A DNA stretch of 64,000 nucleotides from Candidatus Izemoplasma sp. GTDB taxonomy: Bacteria > Bacillota_I > Bacilli_A > Izemoplasmatales > Izemoplasmataceae. The DNA is taken from NCBI GenBank assembly GCA_007132465.1, contig SLOP01000018.1, positions 2,017-66,016 on the forward strand, written 5' to 3'. Position numbers and translations under genes: made by a program. Below the pieces are notes generated by a model. That model was not told the DNA's origin. It saw only the letters and a list, made by a program, of their open reading frames with translations, and searched no databases. Below, in pieces: positions 55,974 through 64,000 of the stretch (positions are counted from its first letter, which is position 1; each line of letters opens with the position of its first letter).

Positions 55974-57513
55974 CACCCACACCATCGACGCCTGTCGCCG
56001 CGACGCTCGGCACATCGCCGACGCCATCAAAACCGAACTTGATCCTTACAGCACGGTGTCCGTTGAACGGACCGTGCTTCGCATGCTCGGCATTGACGGC
56101 GTTGACGCCTTTGACGTGCCCTATGTCAACGTGCTCGTCGACCATGTTAAGACGCATGGAGACTTGCGCTTCGGCATCGCTCATCACATGGCCTGGGCCA
56201 TCGCCAGAACCACCAAGACGCCGCAAACGATTGCCAAGCGCGTCGCCGAGGGAGCGATGTCGCTTGGCGACTACTTTGAACCTACAACACCCGATTACAC
56301 GGTCCTTACTCCGTTTATCAACCAGTCGTTCGCACGCATTCGCACGCAACGACAACACCGCGAAACCGTGCTTGAAAACCATCCGGCACCAAGCCCCGAA
56401 AAGTACGTCATCGTGGCCACCGGCAACATCCACGAAGACATCGATCAGGCGCTCTCGGCCGCCGCACGCGGCGCCGACATCATCGCCGTCATTCGGACGA
56501 CCGGCCAATCGCTCTTGGACTATGTGCCCTATGGCGCCACCACCGAAGGGTTTGGCGGCACATACGCCACGCAGGAAAATTTTCGGTTGATGCGTGAGGC
56601 GCTCGATGGCTATCAGCGACACCATGGACGATACGTGAAACTCGTTAACTACGCCAGCGGACTATGCATGCCCGAAATCGCGGCACTTGGCGCCCTTGAA
56701 CGTCTGGATATGATGCTCAACGACTCGCTTTACGGCATCATTTTCCGCGACATCAACATGAAACGAACCCTCATTGATCAAGCTTTTTCCCGGGTCATTT
56801 CCGGCTACGCCGGCATCACCATCAACACCGGCGAAGACAACTACTTGACGACCACCGATGCGTTCGAACACGCCCACACGGTCATCGCCAGTCAGTTCAT
56901 CAACGAACGTTTTGCTGAGCACGCACGCATGCCCGCGACGTTGATGGGACTTGGCCACGCCTATGAGATTGACCCGTCGGTGGACAACAGCTTCCTGTAT
57001 GAAATTGCCCAGGCTCAGCTTTCGCGCCAGCTTTTTCCCGACGCACCGTTGAAATACATGCCACCGACCAAACACATGACCGGCGACATCTTCAAAGGCA
57101 CTGTGCAAAATGCTCTTTTCAACATCGCCTGCGTCACCACCAAACAACAGATTCACCTTCTTGGCATGCCGACCGAGGCAATTCACACCCCGTTCATGAG
57201 CGACCGGGCGCTGGCACTTGCTAACGCGGATTACATCTATAAAGCCTTCAAAGCCTTTGCCGACAGCGTCGATATTAAGCCTGGCAGCCTCATCGAAAAG
57301 CGTGCCCACGCGGTGCTTGACAACGCGCGAACGCTGCTCGATGACATCCGGGAAGAGGGCCTCTTTGTCACGCTAAAAAAAGGCACGTTTGCCGGTGTGT
57401 CTCGCGGTGAAAACGACGGGAAAGGCTTGGGTGGTGTGTTTAAAAAACATCCACTATACACCAATCCTATCATGGAGCGAATGCTTGCCGCGTGCGAGGA
57501 GGATGCCTCATGA
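55957..57513 (+). CDS. kamD: Lysine 5,6-aminomutase alpha subunit
   Basis: 518 aa, TIM-barrel subunit, immediately upstream of and overlapping the B12-binding beta subunit. Start trimmed to ATG 55957 (AAGGAGGA RBS). Confidence 0.85.
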   Translation: MKLTLDTHTIDACRRDARHIADAIKTELDPYSTVSVERTVLRMLGIDGVDAFDVPYVNVLVDHVKTHGDLRFGIAHHMAWAIARTTKTPQTIAKRVAEGAMSLGDYFEPTTPDYTVLTPFINQSFARIRTQRQHRETVLENHPAPSPEKYVIVATGNIHEDIDQALSAAARGADIIAVIRTTGQSLLDYVPYGATTEGFGGTYATQENFRLMREALDGYQRHHGRYVKLVNYASGLCMPEIAALGALERLDMMLNDSLYGIIFRDINMKRTLIDQAFSRVISGYAGITINTGEDNYLTTTDAFEHAHTVIASQFINERFAEHARMPATLMGLGHAYEIDPSVDNSFLYEIAQAQLSRQLFPDAPLKYMPPTKHMTGDIFKGTVQNALFNIACVTTKQQIHLLGMPTEAIHTPFMSDRALALANADYIYKAFKAFADSVDIKPGSLIEKRAHAVLDNARTLLDDIREEGLFVTLKKGTFAGVSRGENDGKGLGGVFKKHPLYTNPIMERMLAACEEDAS

Positions 57514-58256
57514 AACCGTTAATGCGCCCTTATGGAGACACCTTAAACGACGGCAAAATGCAACTTTCCTTCACGCTTCCCATGGAAGTCGGTCCCAAGG
57601 GAGAAGCGGTTGCCAAAGCGCTATGTGAAACGATGGGCGTGGCCGACGCCACCGTCGTTCATAGCGAAGCGTTGAGCGAACACTTCAGCTTTTATATCCT
57701 TTATGGCACCTTGACGCACGCCGTGGATTCCGATGCCGTAGAGGTGCGTGACATCGACACCGAGTCGATGAGCAAAGACGACATTGAAGCGTACATCGAC
57801 GCGCATTTTGATCACCCAATCACGTTCATCGGCGCGTCAACCGGCACCGATGCCCACACCGTCGGCATCGACGCCATTATGAACATGAAAGGCTTCGCCG
57901 GTCATTATGGCCTCGAACGTTACCGCCACGTGAAGGCCATCAACCTCGGCAGCCAAGTGGATAACGAGACGCTCCTCGAAGAAGCCATCAAACACCATGC
58001 CGACGTTATTTTGATCAGCCAAACGGTGACGCAAAAAGACGTGCACATCCACAACTTGACGGCATTCATTGAGTTGTTGGAGGCGGAAAACCGTCGCGAC
58101 GATTTTCTCCTCATCATCGGCGGCCCGAGAATCACCCACGCCCTAGCCAAAGAACTTGGATACGATGCGGGTTTCGGACCCAAAAAATACGCCCACGACG
58201 TGGCGAGTTTCGCCGCGCAGGCGCTTGTTAATAAACGCAGTCAATCAAAACGCTGA
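57510..58256 (+). CDS. kamE: Lysine 5,6-aminomutase beta subunit (AdoCbl- and PLP-binding)
   Basis: Base-off/His-on cobalamin motif DAHTVG within GASTGTDAHTVGIDAI, and a Rossmann-like B12 domain. ATGA start/stop overlap with kamD. Confidence 0.9.
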   Translation: MKPLMRPYGDTLNDGKMQLSFTLPMEVGPKGEAVAKALCETMGVADATVVHSEALSEHFSFYILYGTLTHAVDSDAVEVRDIDTESMSKDDIEAYIDAHFDHPITFIGASTGTDAHTVGIDAIMNMKGFAGHYGLERYRHVKAINLGSQVDNETLLEEAIKHHADVILISQTVTQKDVHIHNLTAFIELLEAENRRDDFLLIIGGPRITHALAKELGYDAGFGPKKYAHDVASFAAQALVNKRSQSKR

Positions 58257-58275
58257 CCTCAATCAGCGTTTTTCT
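58247..58275. terminator. Bidirectional terminator shared by kamE and the convergent HD-GYP gene
   Basis: AAAACGCTGA-CCTCAA-TCAGCGTTTT. Both stop codons (58254-58256 and 58263-58265) lie in the stem arms. Confidence 0.8.
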
Positions 58276-60275
58276 TCTATCCAGGGCATCTGGTTTGTTT
58301 CAAGCAAGGTGATGGCAATGTCAATTAACGGGGTGTCGAAATGTTTATCGCGTATTCGATTCAGCTCATCGACAATCGATTCACGAGGTAACGCCACGGC
58401 GTAGGGTTGGCGTTGCGCCATTGAGACAATAACTTCGGCGAGGCCGACAATTTGACCACCAAGTGATATTTCTGTGTTTTTTAGGCCGTCGGGGTATCCC
58501 GACCCGTCGACGCGTTCATGATGATCGCGGACGTATTGGGCAATCGCTTGCAGTTCCGAGGATTTAATGAGCACATCGTACCCATGCAAGGGATGGTGTT
58601 TCATCGCCTCGAAATCAGCGACGCTGTAAACCTCGGTTTTTTTAACCACCTGTTCATCAATGCCGAGTTTGCCGATGTCGTGCACCAAACCGGCCCAATA
58701 AATTTCTTCCACGACATTGGTTTCCACTCCCGCGTTAATGGCAATCATTTCAGCGGTGCTAGCGACCGCGAGATGATGATCGCGCATCCCCTTGTCGTAG
58801 GTTTCAAGCGTCCGCAAAAGCGCCCGCAAAATAGGCGTTCGTAAGGCATCGCTAGTAGCACTCAACGATTCAGCCACATAGAAACTGTTAAAAAGAATTT
58901 GCAACGACGTAAAAAACGCGATGTCGTGTTCGTTGAAAGAAACCGGGTTGTTTTCATCAAGGTCAAAGGACATCGAGCAAATCACGTTCTCCGTCATCTG
59001 CACGGCCACGTAAATGCTTTCTTTGATGCGCGGATGCTTATCCATCACCGCTTGTCCCGCAAACGCGCTAAGTGCTCGGTTCATCGGACGGGTTTCACGG
59101 TAAGGTTTTGTTAAATCAAGCGCCCATTTGTCACGCGAAAACTTCATCGCGTTTAATACGTCGGTGTCATAGCCTTTGCAAGCCACAAACTTGATTCGCT
59201 TGCCAACCAACGCGACGCTTCCATAATCCGCTTTGGGAAAGAGCGCGACGACGGTGTCAAACATTTCTTTCGCTAGGTGATGGGTTTTTCGTTCATCCAC
59301 GCTGCGGAAAGCTGCGGAAAAACTCAGCAATCGTTGCATCGCCGCAATCAGGTTATCCAAACGCCGGCTTTTATGAATATTGGTTTCACGCGCCCGCTCA
59401 ATGCCACGAGAATACTCTTTCAAAATCAACACGATGATGGTCATCAGCGCAAAAAAGACGTTGATGTCGACAACGGTTGTGGTCATGTCAGTCAGCAGGA
59501 AAAGGGGGCGCACAAAAAGTAAGAGCGCAAGCAGAATCAACGAAAACATGTAGGTTGTTCGATACGGATAACGCAACCCCACAACAATCGCGAAAATGCT
59601 GTAAATGTAACGGTGCTGGTTGTAGGTGAACAGCGGTAAAATATCCAAAATCAACACGACTGAGAAGAGGATGAAAGCGCCGTAGATGAATCCCTCAGAA
59701 CGCGTGAATGACGTCGGTAACGGGTGCTTGTCGTAATGAAACGCAAAATACAAAGGCACCCCAATAATCAATAAACTAAAAAAGTCGCTGAAAAACCAAA
59801 TGATGAAACTATGCATGAGTCCATCGACCGGAATCATGCCAAAGGATACATACACCACGTGACCGAGCAATGCCGCCATGAAGGCGATGGACAGAGCGAA
59901 GACGAAAAAACGCCCGACGTTGTTGAGCTGCATCGATGGTTTAAAACGAAGCACCTTGGCAAGATGTCGCCCCACGCATACCGGTGCCAACCCGGCAAAA
60001 CCCATCAACACCGGCAGCAAGGTATAGGTCAAGACGCCACCCATGCCAGCGATGGCATAGCTGGCGGCATAGCCAAGGGCGTAGGCAATCCATAAACCAA
60101 TGACCACGCGGCGGCCATAGAAAAACACCAAACCCATCGCCACACCAATGGCCGGCCAAACGGTGCTGGCCTCCTGCGCAGGAAGCGTAAAAAGACGTCC
60201 AAGAATGACCGCAATGAACAAGAATATCGGGCCGACGATTTGCTCAGAATGCAACGACGCAAACGCACGTTTCAT
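58263..60275 (-). CDS. Polytopic membrane HD-GYP domain protein (second paralog)
   Basis: About ten TM segments, a central GAF-like region, HD (AGLVHDIGKLG) and HHERVDGSGYPDGL. RBS GAGGAGG and TGCTATAAT lie upstream. Confidence 0.8.
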   Translation of the reverse strand: MKRAFASLHSEQIVGPIFLFIAVILGRLFTLPAQEASTVWPAIGVAMGLVFFYGRRVVIGLWIAYALGYAASYAIAGMGGVLTYTLLPVLMGFAGLAPVCVGRHLAKVLRFKPSMQLNNVGRFFVFALSIAFMAALLGHVVYVSFGMIPVDGLMHSFIIWFFSDFFSLLIIGVPLYFAFHYDKHPLPTSFTRSEGFIYGAFILFSVVLILDILPLFTYNQHRYIYSIFAIVVGLRYPYRTTYMFSLILLALLLFVRPLFLLTDMTTTVVDINVFFALMTIIVLILKEYSRGIERARETNIHKSRRLDNLIAAMQRLLSFSAAFRSVDERKTHHLAKEMFDTVVALFPKADYGSVALVGKRIKFVACKGYDTDVLNAMKFSRDKWALDLTKPYRETRPMNRALSAFAGQAVMDKHPRIKESIYVAVQMTENVICSMSFDLDENNPVSFNEHDIAFFTSLQILFNSFYVAESLSATSDALRTPILRALLRTLETYDKGMRDHHLAVASTAEMIAINAGVETNVVEEIYWAGLVHDIGKLGIDEQVVKKTEVYSVADFEAMKHHPLHGYDVLIKSSELQAIAQYVRDHHERVDGSGYPDGLKNTEISLGGQIVGLAEVIVSMAQRQPYAVALPRESIVDELNRIRDKHFDTPLIDIAITLLETNQMPWIEEKR

Positions 60276-60402
60276 GTGGGTGCCTCCTCACGCGATGATG
60301 GTTTTATTATAGCACAACACGCGGTCGAACGACGGCCATTTTGAGGTTCATTTTTCACTGAAATATGGTATAATACCATTTCGGTAAGAAAGGAGCATAA
60401 TC

Positions 60403-61041
60403 ATGACCCTGTTTAACGTGCCCATCGTCGAATGGGTGGGCTACTTTGCCAGTTTCATCATTCTCGTGTCGTTGTTGATGCGTTCGATTAAACGGTTGCG
60501 CGTGATTAATTTGGCCGGAGCCATCTTGTTTGCGGTCTACGGGTTTGTCATCGATGCCTATCCGGTCATGGTGATGAACGCCGGCATCGTCGCCATCAAC
60601 GTGTACTACCTCATTCAGATGGTGAAAACCGAGGATTATTTTGACGTCGTGCCGGTGGATAAAACCGATGAATACCTGCGCGCGTTTTTGGTGTTCTATC
60701 AAAAAGCAATCAAACGAGCCATGGGATTCACTCCGCGTGATCTCGACGCCAGCGATTACCGCTTTTTTGTGCTACGCAACATGGTGCCCGCCGGGCTTTT
60801 CATCGTCAACACCTACGATGAAGAAACCTTAGAGATTACCCTCGATTACGCCACCCCCGCGTATCAGGATTTCAAGACAGGCGTTCATGTCTATAGTCGC
60901 ATCACCGACGTCTTCAAAGAACAAGGGTATACCCGTTTCGTCGTGTTCAACGCCGATGCGGCGCACGCCACATACCTGCGACGCATGCGTTTCACAGAAA
61001 CCACCGTCGACAATCAAAAAGCCTTCGTCAAAATGCTCTAG
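60403..61041 (+). CDS. Membrane protein (YgjV-like three-TM N-terminus) fused to a small GNAT-like C-terminal domain
   Basis: Three N-terminal TM helices. The C-terminal region (ITLDYATPAYQDFKTGVHVY...KEQGYTRFVV...ATYLRRMRFTE) loosely follows the GNAT core pattern. TGGTATAAT and AAAGGAG lie upstream. Confidence 0.45.
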   Translation: MTLFNVPIVEWVGYFASFIILVSLLMRSIKRLRVINLAGAILFAVYGFVIDAYPVMVMNAGIVAINVYYLIQMVKTEDYFDVVPVDKTDEYLRAFLVFYQKAIKRAMGFTPRDLDASDYRFFVLRNMVPAGLFIVNTYDEETLEITLDYATPAYQDFKTGVHVYSRITDVFKEQGYTRFVVFNADAAHATYLRRMRFTETTVDNQKAFVKML

Positions 61042-61129
61042 GACGCCACAGGAAAATCGGCGTCCTTTTTCATCAGTCAATACCCTTATGCATGCTATAA
61101 TGAAGCTAACCATCAGTGGAGGTGGCTTG

Positions 61130-63319
61130 ATGCTTAAACTGATTAATGTTTCGAAATACTACCGCACCGACACCAGCGTCACCCAAGCGTTGAGGCGAAT
61201 CAATCTTGAACTCTCAATGGGCGAATTTGTTGTCGTCACCGGTGAATCGGGAAGCGGTAAAAGCACCTTGCTCAATGTGCTGAGTGGTCTCGATACGTAC
61301 GAAGAAGGTGAAATGCTCGTCGCGGGTGAAGAAACCGCGCATTTTTCCACAGAAGAATGGGAACACCACCGCAGTCAATACATCGGTTTTGTGTTTCAAC
61401 ATTTCAACATCATCGATTCGTACACCGTTTATCAAAACGTGCTCACTGCCCTCATCATCCAAGGCTACGATGAAACGGCACGGCGAGAACGTGCCCTCGA
61501 GCTTATTCGTCGCGTCGGGCTAGAACCACAGCGCAATCAAAAGGCCAGCACGTTGTCGGGTGGCCAAAAGCAACGTGTCTCCATCGCCCGTGCGCTCGCC
61601 AAAGAAAGCCCCATCATCGTCGCCGATGAGCCAACAGGGAACCTCGATAAAAAAACCAGCGAATCAATCGTCAATCTGTTGCATGACGTGTCCAAAGACA
61701 AACTCGTCATCGTTGTGAGTCACAGCGCTGAGGCGTTTGCGCATTGTGCGACCAGACGCATTCGATTGTTTGATGGCGAAATCGTTGAAAACACCGTGAT
61801 CAAAAAACCGACCCATGACATCAAAGCCACCGCGGAACCAACGTATCGAATGGGCTTTAAGGAACTGACGCTGATGGCTGCGAGAAATTTGTGGTCGATG
61901 CCAAAACGGCTCTTGTTGATGTTGCTTGTCTCGACGCTCATCGTGCTTGGCATGGCGGTTGTCTACGGCACCAGTTTGACCGCAGACGCCATTGGTTTTG
62001 GCGGCACGAACCCACAGTTTTCAAACCCCAACGCCCACCGCCTTATTCTGGCAAGGTGGGATGATGAGGCTTTCACCTCCGATGACATGGACCGTTTTGC
62101 CACCAGGCGTCGCGTGCAAAACGTGCTCGCGTTCGATCCGGTCCTTGACATCACCTTGCATCAGCAAGACACGCAAACCTATCCGGTCACTTTCCATCCG
62201 GCCGATGCAGCCGGGTTGCGTCAAAGCGATCTTGAGTCAGGGAATTTGCCGCAATCGCCCGATGAGGTGGTCATCGCTTCTCAAGGCCGTTTTAGCGGGC
62301 ATCGCCTCGGCGACACCATCACCATCAACCTAGGGACCCCCGAACAGCGCTGGTTGAATGAACCTCGCACCGACAACGCACCGTTTATGCCGGAAATCAC
62401 GGTGACGGTGGTGGGTTTCGTTGAAAGTTTTTCCTACCCAGCCTTGATGTATGTCACCGACGAGTTTTTGGCCACAGCGTATCATCAATACCCCGCTATC
62501 GCCCCCAACGTTGAGACGGCCTTCACCGTAAACGAATCAACCTACCAAGGCCAAGCGCTACAGTACCGTCTCGATGACACACTAACGGACACTGAAGTTC
62601 GTTTGCCCACTGACGTGGCAACCACCATGGCCCAGATGCTTGACATGGACGAAGCTGATTTGGTCGGCCACACGCTGGTGCTCGGCATGCAAGATGCTTT
62701 TGTGGAAACCACCGCGCTGTCGCTGACAATCGTTGGTGTGAATGAGGAAAACAACGTGGTGGCGTTGACAGACGCCACATTCAACACCTTGTTTGTGCCG
62801 CGTTCCAAGCAGATTACGTTAACGGTGTATGATGCCCTCGATGCCGAACGGTTGATGTCGTCCTTTGGTGAGGACATCCACGTCATGTACCCGGCCGATT
62901 ACGTTCCACCGTGGGCAGCCGCCGCCACGTTGATTGAGCGTATCCTTAACGTCGTGTTGCTCGGAGGGTTCATGGTGGTGCTTTACTTCATCACGTACCT
63001 GACGCTTAAAAACATCATGCAAGCACGCACAAAAGACTACGTCATCTTCCGCTCCATCGGCGCGTCAAAGCGCTCGCTTTACCGCATCACCGTGCTTGAA
63101 CTCGCCATGGTCTTTTTCCTCGCCTCCGTCGTGGTGTTTGCGTTTTTCATCCTGAACCGCTACAGTTTGCGGTGGATGAATGACTTCTTGCGGTTTTACC
63201 GGCTCGCTAACTACATTACCCTCATCATCATGCTGGTGGCCTTGGCCACTTTAAGCGGCATCCGCTTTAATCGGCGACTATTTAAAGACAGCGTCATCAC
63301 GGCGCTGAGGGCGGAGTGA
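61130..63319 (+). CDS. MacB-like fused ABC ATPase and FtsX-type permease
   Basis: N-terminal NBD (Walker A GESGSGKST, signature LSGGQKQR, Walker B IVADEPTGNLD), then a TM segment, a large extracytoplasmic domain and three C-terminal TMs. Start trimmed to ATG 61130 (GGAGGTGG RBS, TGCTATAAT upstream). Confidence 0.8.
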   Translation: MLKLINVSKYYRTDTSVTQALRRINLELSMGEFVVVTGESGSGKSTLLNVLSGLDTYEEGEMLVAGEETAHFSTEEWEHHRSQYIGFVFQHFNIIDSYTVYQNVLTALIIQGYDETARRERALELIRRVGLEPQRNQKASTLSGGQKQRVSIARALAKESPIIVADEPTGNLDKKTSESIVNLLHDVSKDKLVIVVSHSAEAFAHCATRRIRLFDGEIVENTVIKKPTHDIKATAEPTYRMGFKELTLMAARNLWSMPKRLLLMLLVSTLIVLGMAVVYGTSLTADAIGFGGTNPQFSNPNAHRLILARWDDEAFTSDDMDRFATRRRVQNVLAFDPVLDITLHQQDTQTYPVTFHPADAAGLRQSDLESGNLPQSPDEVVIASQGRFSGHRLGDTITINLGTPEQRWLNEPRTDNAPFMPEITVTVVGFVESFSYPALMYVTDEFLATAYHQYPAIAPNVETAFTVNESTYQGQALQYRLDDTLTDTEVRLPTDVATTMAQMLDMDEADLVGHTLVLGMQDAFVETTALSLTIVGVNEENNVVALTDATFNTLFVPRSKQITLTVYDALDAERLMSSFGEDIHVMYPADYVPPWAAAATLIERILNVVLLGGFMVVLYFITYLTLKNIMQARTKDYVIFRSIGASKRSLYRITVLELAMVFFLASVVVFAFFILNRYSLRWMNDFLRFYRLANYITLIIMLVALATLSGIRFNRRLFKDSVITALRAE

Positions 63320-63323
63320 GACG

Positions 63324-64000
63324 ATGATTAAACTAACGAAGGTAAACAAGACCTATAACCAAAACCGCCGGAACGCTTTACGCGTGCTCAACGCCGTTGA
63401 TCTCACCTTTCCCGACAAGGGTTTTGTGGTATTGCTTGGCGAGTCCGGCAGCGGGAAGACGACGTTGCTTAACGTCATTGGTGGCATGGATTCATTCGAC
63501 AGCGGCACCATCACGATCGGCGAAATGCAGGTGACACGTTACCGCTCAAACCTGCTTGATGATATTCGCGCTCGTACCGTAGGCATGGTCTTTCAAAACT
63601 ACTATTTGCTGCCGCAAGAAAGCGTGCTTGATAACCTGGCTATCTCGCTTCGCCTAGCAGGGTTAACCGATGAGTCCGCCATTGCCTCGCGCAGCGATTA
63701 TTTGCTTGAAGCCGTCGGCATGGCCAAGTACGCCAAGCGCCGTGCCGGTCAACTCTCGGGTGGTGAACAGCAACGCATTGCCATCGCCCGCGCGCTGGCG
63801 AAAAACCCGGCCGTGGTGTTGGCCGATGAACCAACCGGAAACCTCGACAGCAAAAACACGCTCGCCATCATGCGCGTGCTCGAACACATCGCCAAAGAGA
63901 AACTTGTGATCATGGTAACGCATGAACGGAAACTGGCCGAGCATTTCGCCGATCGCATTGTTGAACTTGAAGATGGTCGCATCGTGAGTGACACGCAAAA
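63324..64000 (+). CDS. ABC transporter ATP-binding protein (3' end beyond the window)
   Basis: My own translation from ATG 63324 gives MIKLTKVNKTYNQ..., Walker A GESGSGKTT, signature LSGGEQQRIAIARAL and Walker B VLADEPTGNLD. The frame is open to the window end. Confidence 0.85.
   Translation, partial: MIKLTKVNKTYNQNRRNALRVLNAVDLTFPDKGFVVLLGESGSGKTTLLNVIGGMDSFDSGTITIGEMQVTRYRSNLLDDIRARTVGMVFQNYYLLPQESVLDNLAISLRLAGLTDESAIASRSDYLLEAVGMAKYAKRRAGQLSGGEQQRIAIARALAKNPAVVLADEPTGNLDSKNTLAIMRVLEHIAKEKLVIMVTHERKLAEHFADRIVELEDGRIVSDTQ

Noticed and set aside
54311-57309. Long antisense ORFs (54311-55066, 55175-55582, 55933-56625, 56662-57309) opposite kamA, the P-loop ORF and kamD
   Set aside because: They are nested in conserved sense genes of a tightly coupled operon and have no start-site signals. 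This is typical of stop-codon depletion on the opposite strand of moderately GC-rich genes.
60887-61129. N-terminal extensions in the ORF track: 60887-61129, 55825-55956, 54873-54992, 22412-22576, 31380-31487, 9558-9659, 4931-5014 and others
   Set aside because: The extensions overlap upstream genes or promoters and encode low-complexity Pro/Ser/Arg-rich peptides. Each is followed by an in-frame start with a strong RBS and a family-typical N-terminus, so I trimmed the CDS rather than calling fusions or overlapping genes.
1-64000. Alternative genetic code (UGA read as Trp, as in Mollicutes), considered because of the many lipoproteins and the absence of cell-wall genes in the window
   Set aside because: TGA terminates several well-defined genes at family-typical lengths (for example kamE at 58254-58256 and the FtsX permease at 42126-42128). 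No conserved gene needs read-through of an in-frame TGA.

Overview
This 64-kb window looks like a contiguous, gene-dense chromosomal segment from a Bacillota (Firmicutes)-type bacterium. Supporting signs are the standard genetic code with TGA used as stop, AGGAGG-type ribosome-binding sites, TGnTATAAT extended -10 promoters and many rho-independent terminators. Marker genes include class-III FBPase, LplJ-type lipoate ligase, DegV and many lipobox lipoproteins. I found no rRNA, tRNA, CRISPR array, transposase or prophage genes.

I annotated 56 CDS, with several ORF-track starts trimmed to the start codon that has an RBS or a family-typical N-terminus. The main content is:
- a minus-strand operon of membrane proteases plus a GGDEF cyclase (456-4930);
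- a two-gene encapsulin nanocompartment locus with encapsulated-ferritin cargo and a family-1 shell (6281-7437);
- class-III fructose-1,6-bisphosphatase;
- the pdhABCD pyruvate dehydrogenase operon, followed by lipoate ligase, NAD salvage (pncA, pncB) and tpx;
- several ABC systems and acidic lipoproteins;
- htpG;
- two paralogous membrane HD-GYP proteins;
- a 901-aa hyper-charged coiled-coil protein heading an operon with cardiolipin synthase;
- a PduO-type corrinoid adenosyltransferase;
- a complete ten-gene lysine-degradation (beta-lysine / 3-keto-5-aminohexanoate) operon (49765-58256).

The most interesting signal is an L-box lysine riboswitch in front of that catabolic operon. Its intrinsic terminator shares nucleotides with the aptamer P1 3' strand, so it is probably lysine-ON rather than the usual lysine-OFF. 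Other points worth follow-up:
- an uncharacterised P-loop-like ORF wedged between kamA and kamD;
- a MaoC hydratase in place of the usual reductive Bcd/Etf branch;
- the coiled-coil/cardiolipin module;
- a Met/Asp/Glu-rich lipoprotein with a (TPDP)n stalk.

All functional calls rest on motifs and family resemblance recognised by eye. No database search, RNA folding or covariance-model scan was run.
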